A stretch of 64,000 bases of DNA from an uncultured Desulfospira sp. GTDB lineage: Bacteria > Desulfobacterota > Desulfobacteria > Desulfobacterales > Desulfobacteraceae. Each line of letters begins with the position of its first letter. Position 1 is the stretch's first letter. The translations under genes were made by a program, and so were the position numbers. Location of the stretch: NCBI GenBank assembly GCA_963663165.1, contig OY760175.1, forward strand, positions 1,856,001-1,920,000. Direction: 5' to 3'. This document shows positions 62,588-64,000 of this stretch, in pieces. A model generated the notes under the pieces. The model searched no databases. It worked only from the letters and a program-made list of their open reading frames with translations, and was not told where the DNA came from.

Positions 62588-62717
62588 TGATAACGGGGAG
62601 CTGAGGGGCCAGGCTTTTAAAACCCTAAAAGCTCCGATAAAAGTTAAAATTTCATGAACCAGGGACGTCCGAAAGGCCGCGCAGTAAGCCTGGTCCCTCT
62701 CCAGCGTTTTGTTCTGC
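62588..62717 (-). other. attC site 19
   Basis: R'' GCAGAAC, R' GTTATCA. Confidence 0.9.
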
Positions 62718-62721
62718 AATA

Positions 62722-62952
62722 TCATTTACATTTCTTGTAAACAAACTCTGGATCTAAGTCAGCTCCTGACTCCCATTCAATGGTATCAAAAACTACCCGA
62801 ACACGATTGAATGCACTTTGATTTTTAAGGCTTTGAAAAATTCCAAAATCCAAAAGTGGCTTCATATCCAGAATTCCATGCTCTCCGTTATCAAAAATGA
62901 TTGAAAGTATATAATTTTCTTTCGGAGTTACTTCTTTGACGGCCGGATACAT
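62722..62952 (-). CDS. DUF2442 protein (TA-like partner)
   Basis: FDNGE...TIEWESGADLDPE. Confidence 0.88.
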   Translation of the reverse strand: MYPAVKEVTPKENYILSIIFDNGEHGILDMKPLLDFGIFQSLKNQSAFNRVRVVFDTIEWESGADLDPEFVYKKCK

Positions 62953-62962
62953 ATTTTGCCTC

Positions 62963-63229
62963 CTATTGAAGAGGTTGGATGTTAAACGGCTTTTCACCAT
63001 TCATAAGTAGTGTCCAATTAGCCATTAGTTCTTCTTGATGAAGTTCTGCCCACGCAATGACAAGCCTTGATTGCTTTTTGGGCAATTGACCTTGGGTTAT
63101 TTCGCAAGTTTGAATATCGACTGTAGCCCTATGTTTCCCATAGTATACATGAAAATGCGGGGGTGGATGTTCACTTGGGGCATAATACATTCGTATGATG
63201 ATGCCGTAGAACATTGAAATTGTGGGCAT
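62963..63229 (-). CDS. DUF4160 protein
   Basis: MPTISMFYGIIIRMY...HPPPHFH. Confidence 0.9.
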   Translation of the reverse strand: MPTISMFYGIIIRMYYAPSEHPPPHFHVYYGKHRATVDIQTCEITQGQLPKKQSRLVIAWAELHQEELMANWTLLMNGEKPFNIQPLQ

Positions 63230-63347
63230 AAATTCTCCTCGGTAATCAGGGGTATTTCATGTTTTTGGCGCTTTCATTTTTTCAGCATAGCCATAATATA
63301 TGTATATCATCATTGTACCCGTTTACCAATTCGGTTTTGTTTTGAAA

Positions 63348-63420
63348 GCAGAACGTCAGCATCACCAGCCGGTGTGGAGCGGCAGCGTAACACCGGTCTG
63401 AGTGAATGCAGTTGTTCTAT
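63348..63420 (-). other. attC site 20 (73 bp)
   Basis: R'' ATAGAAC, R' GTTCTGC; CCGGTGT/ACACCGG arms. Confidence 0.87.
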
Positions 63421-63421
63421 T

Positions 63422-63691
63422 TTATTTCTCTTCAGACAATCCTATACTGTCCATAAAGTTTAAGAAAAATTGAATCCGATCTTGTTGTTCAAATGTTCTT
63501 TCATCGCCACTTTCAACAATTTCCTGACGGATAGCTGATTTCAAGTATTCTATCTCCCCAGATGATGCTTCATTTAAATCAGAAGCTAACTGTTCCAAGG
63601 CATTAACAGCAGAATCAGGGTCAATCACTTCATCTGATGAAAGTTCAATAAATGCTGCCAAGTTTAATATAGCTCTTGCTAATGCTTTCAT
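63422..63691 (-). CDS. Small acidic hypothetical protein (immunity-like)
   Basis: Stop adjacent to R''; IDPDSAVNALE. Confidence 0.7.
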   Translation of the reverse strand: MKALARAILNLAAFIELSSDEVIDPDSAVNALEQLASDLNEASSGEIEYLKSAIRQEIVESGDERTFEQQDRIQFFLNFMDSIGLSEEK

Positions 63692-63886
63692 ATATTTCTC
63701 AACAGTGAAATAGGCAGAATGGGCCAATAGTATAATAGGCAGATTCTGTCTATTGTTTAAAAATATTCCATTTTAATTTTAATTTACCTGTATATACATC
63801 CTATGGAACCTTAATATACAGATTTCAGATTAAAAATACTCAATTTTTATCCCAATAAATCATGTGAAGTCGGTTAAGTGATCATT

Positions 63887-64000
63887 CAATGTCATTAACT
63901 TAACGAAGTGGTTTATAACAGCAATGGAAACGACCGCTTCGATTATTGAAATTCCTTGGAAATTTTCTGCCCGGTCTTACCGGTTCTATAGTCCTGACAA
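63887..64000 (-). mobile_element. Right end of a second IS4 copy (runs off window)
   Basis: Reverse complement of 46853-46966. Confidence 0.9.

Noticed and set aside
7202..63420. Recurring ~130-bp palindromic repeats as CRISPR or REP elements
   Set aside because: They are separated by whole genes, carry R'/R'' boxes that match across each cassette, and no cas genes are present; they are attC sites

Overview
Chromosomal integron-type gene-cassette array on the minus strand (about 5.3-64 kb), probably from a Desulfobacteraceae-like sulfate reducer (inferred from gene content only). 20 attC sites can be read, most with matching R'/R'' boxes; no integron integrase lies in the window. The cassettes include 8 toxin-antitoxin pairs, a Tae4-like amidase, a large P-loop ATPase, a duplicated stand-alone recombinase N-domain gene and an ORF-less cassette with tandem NrdR-box-like sites. 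The array is heavily invaded by nested mobile elements. (1) Five chloroplast-like-class group II introns (two with damaged RTs, three ORF-less ~1 kb) all sit in attC R' boxes in cassette orientation, with a variable EBS1-like loop complementary to GTTNNG. (2) Two class-E-like intron remnants appear inserted at GTT^. (3) IS66 and ISAs1-like elements both carry DUF4338 passengers; IS1634, IS1380, IS4, ISAzo13 (x4) and a Mutator-like IS are also present. (4) Two unusual ~4.2 kb TG..CA transposons encode a DDE transposase, an AAA ATPase and primase-related genes. The left 5.3 kb is ordinary chromosome (DUF4353-like protein, 3-hydroxyacyl-CoA dehydrogenase, LysE) with two IS4-derived MITEs.
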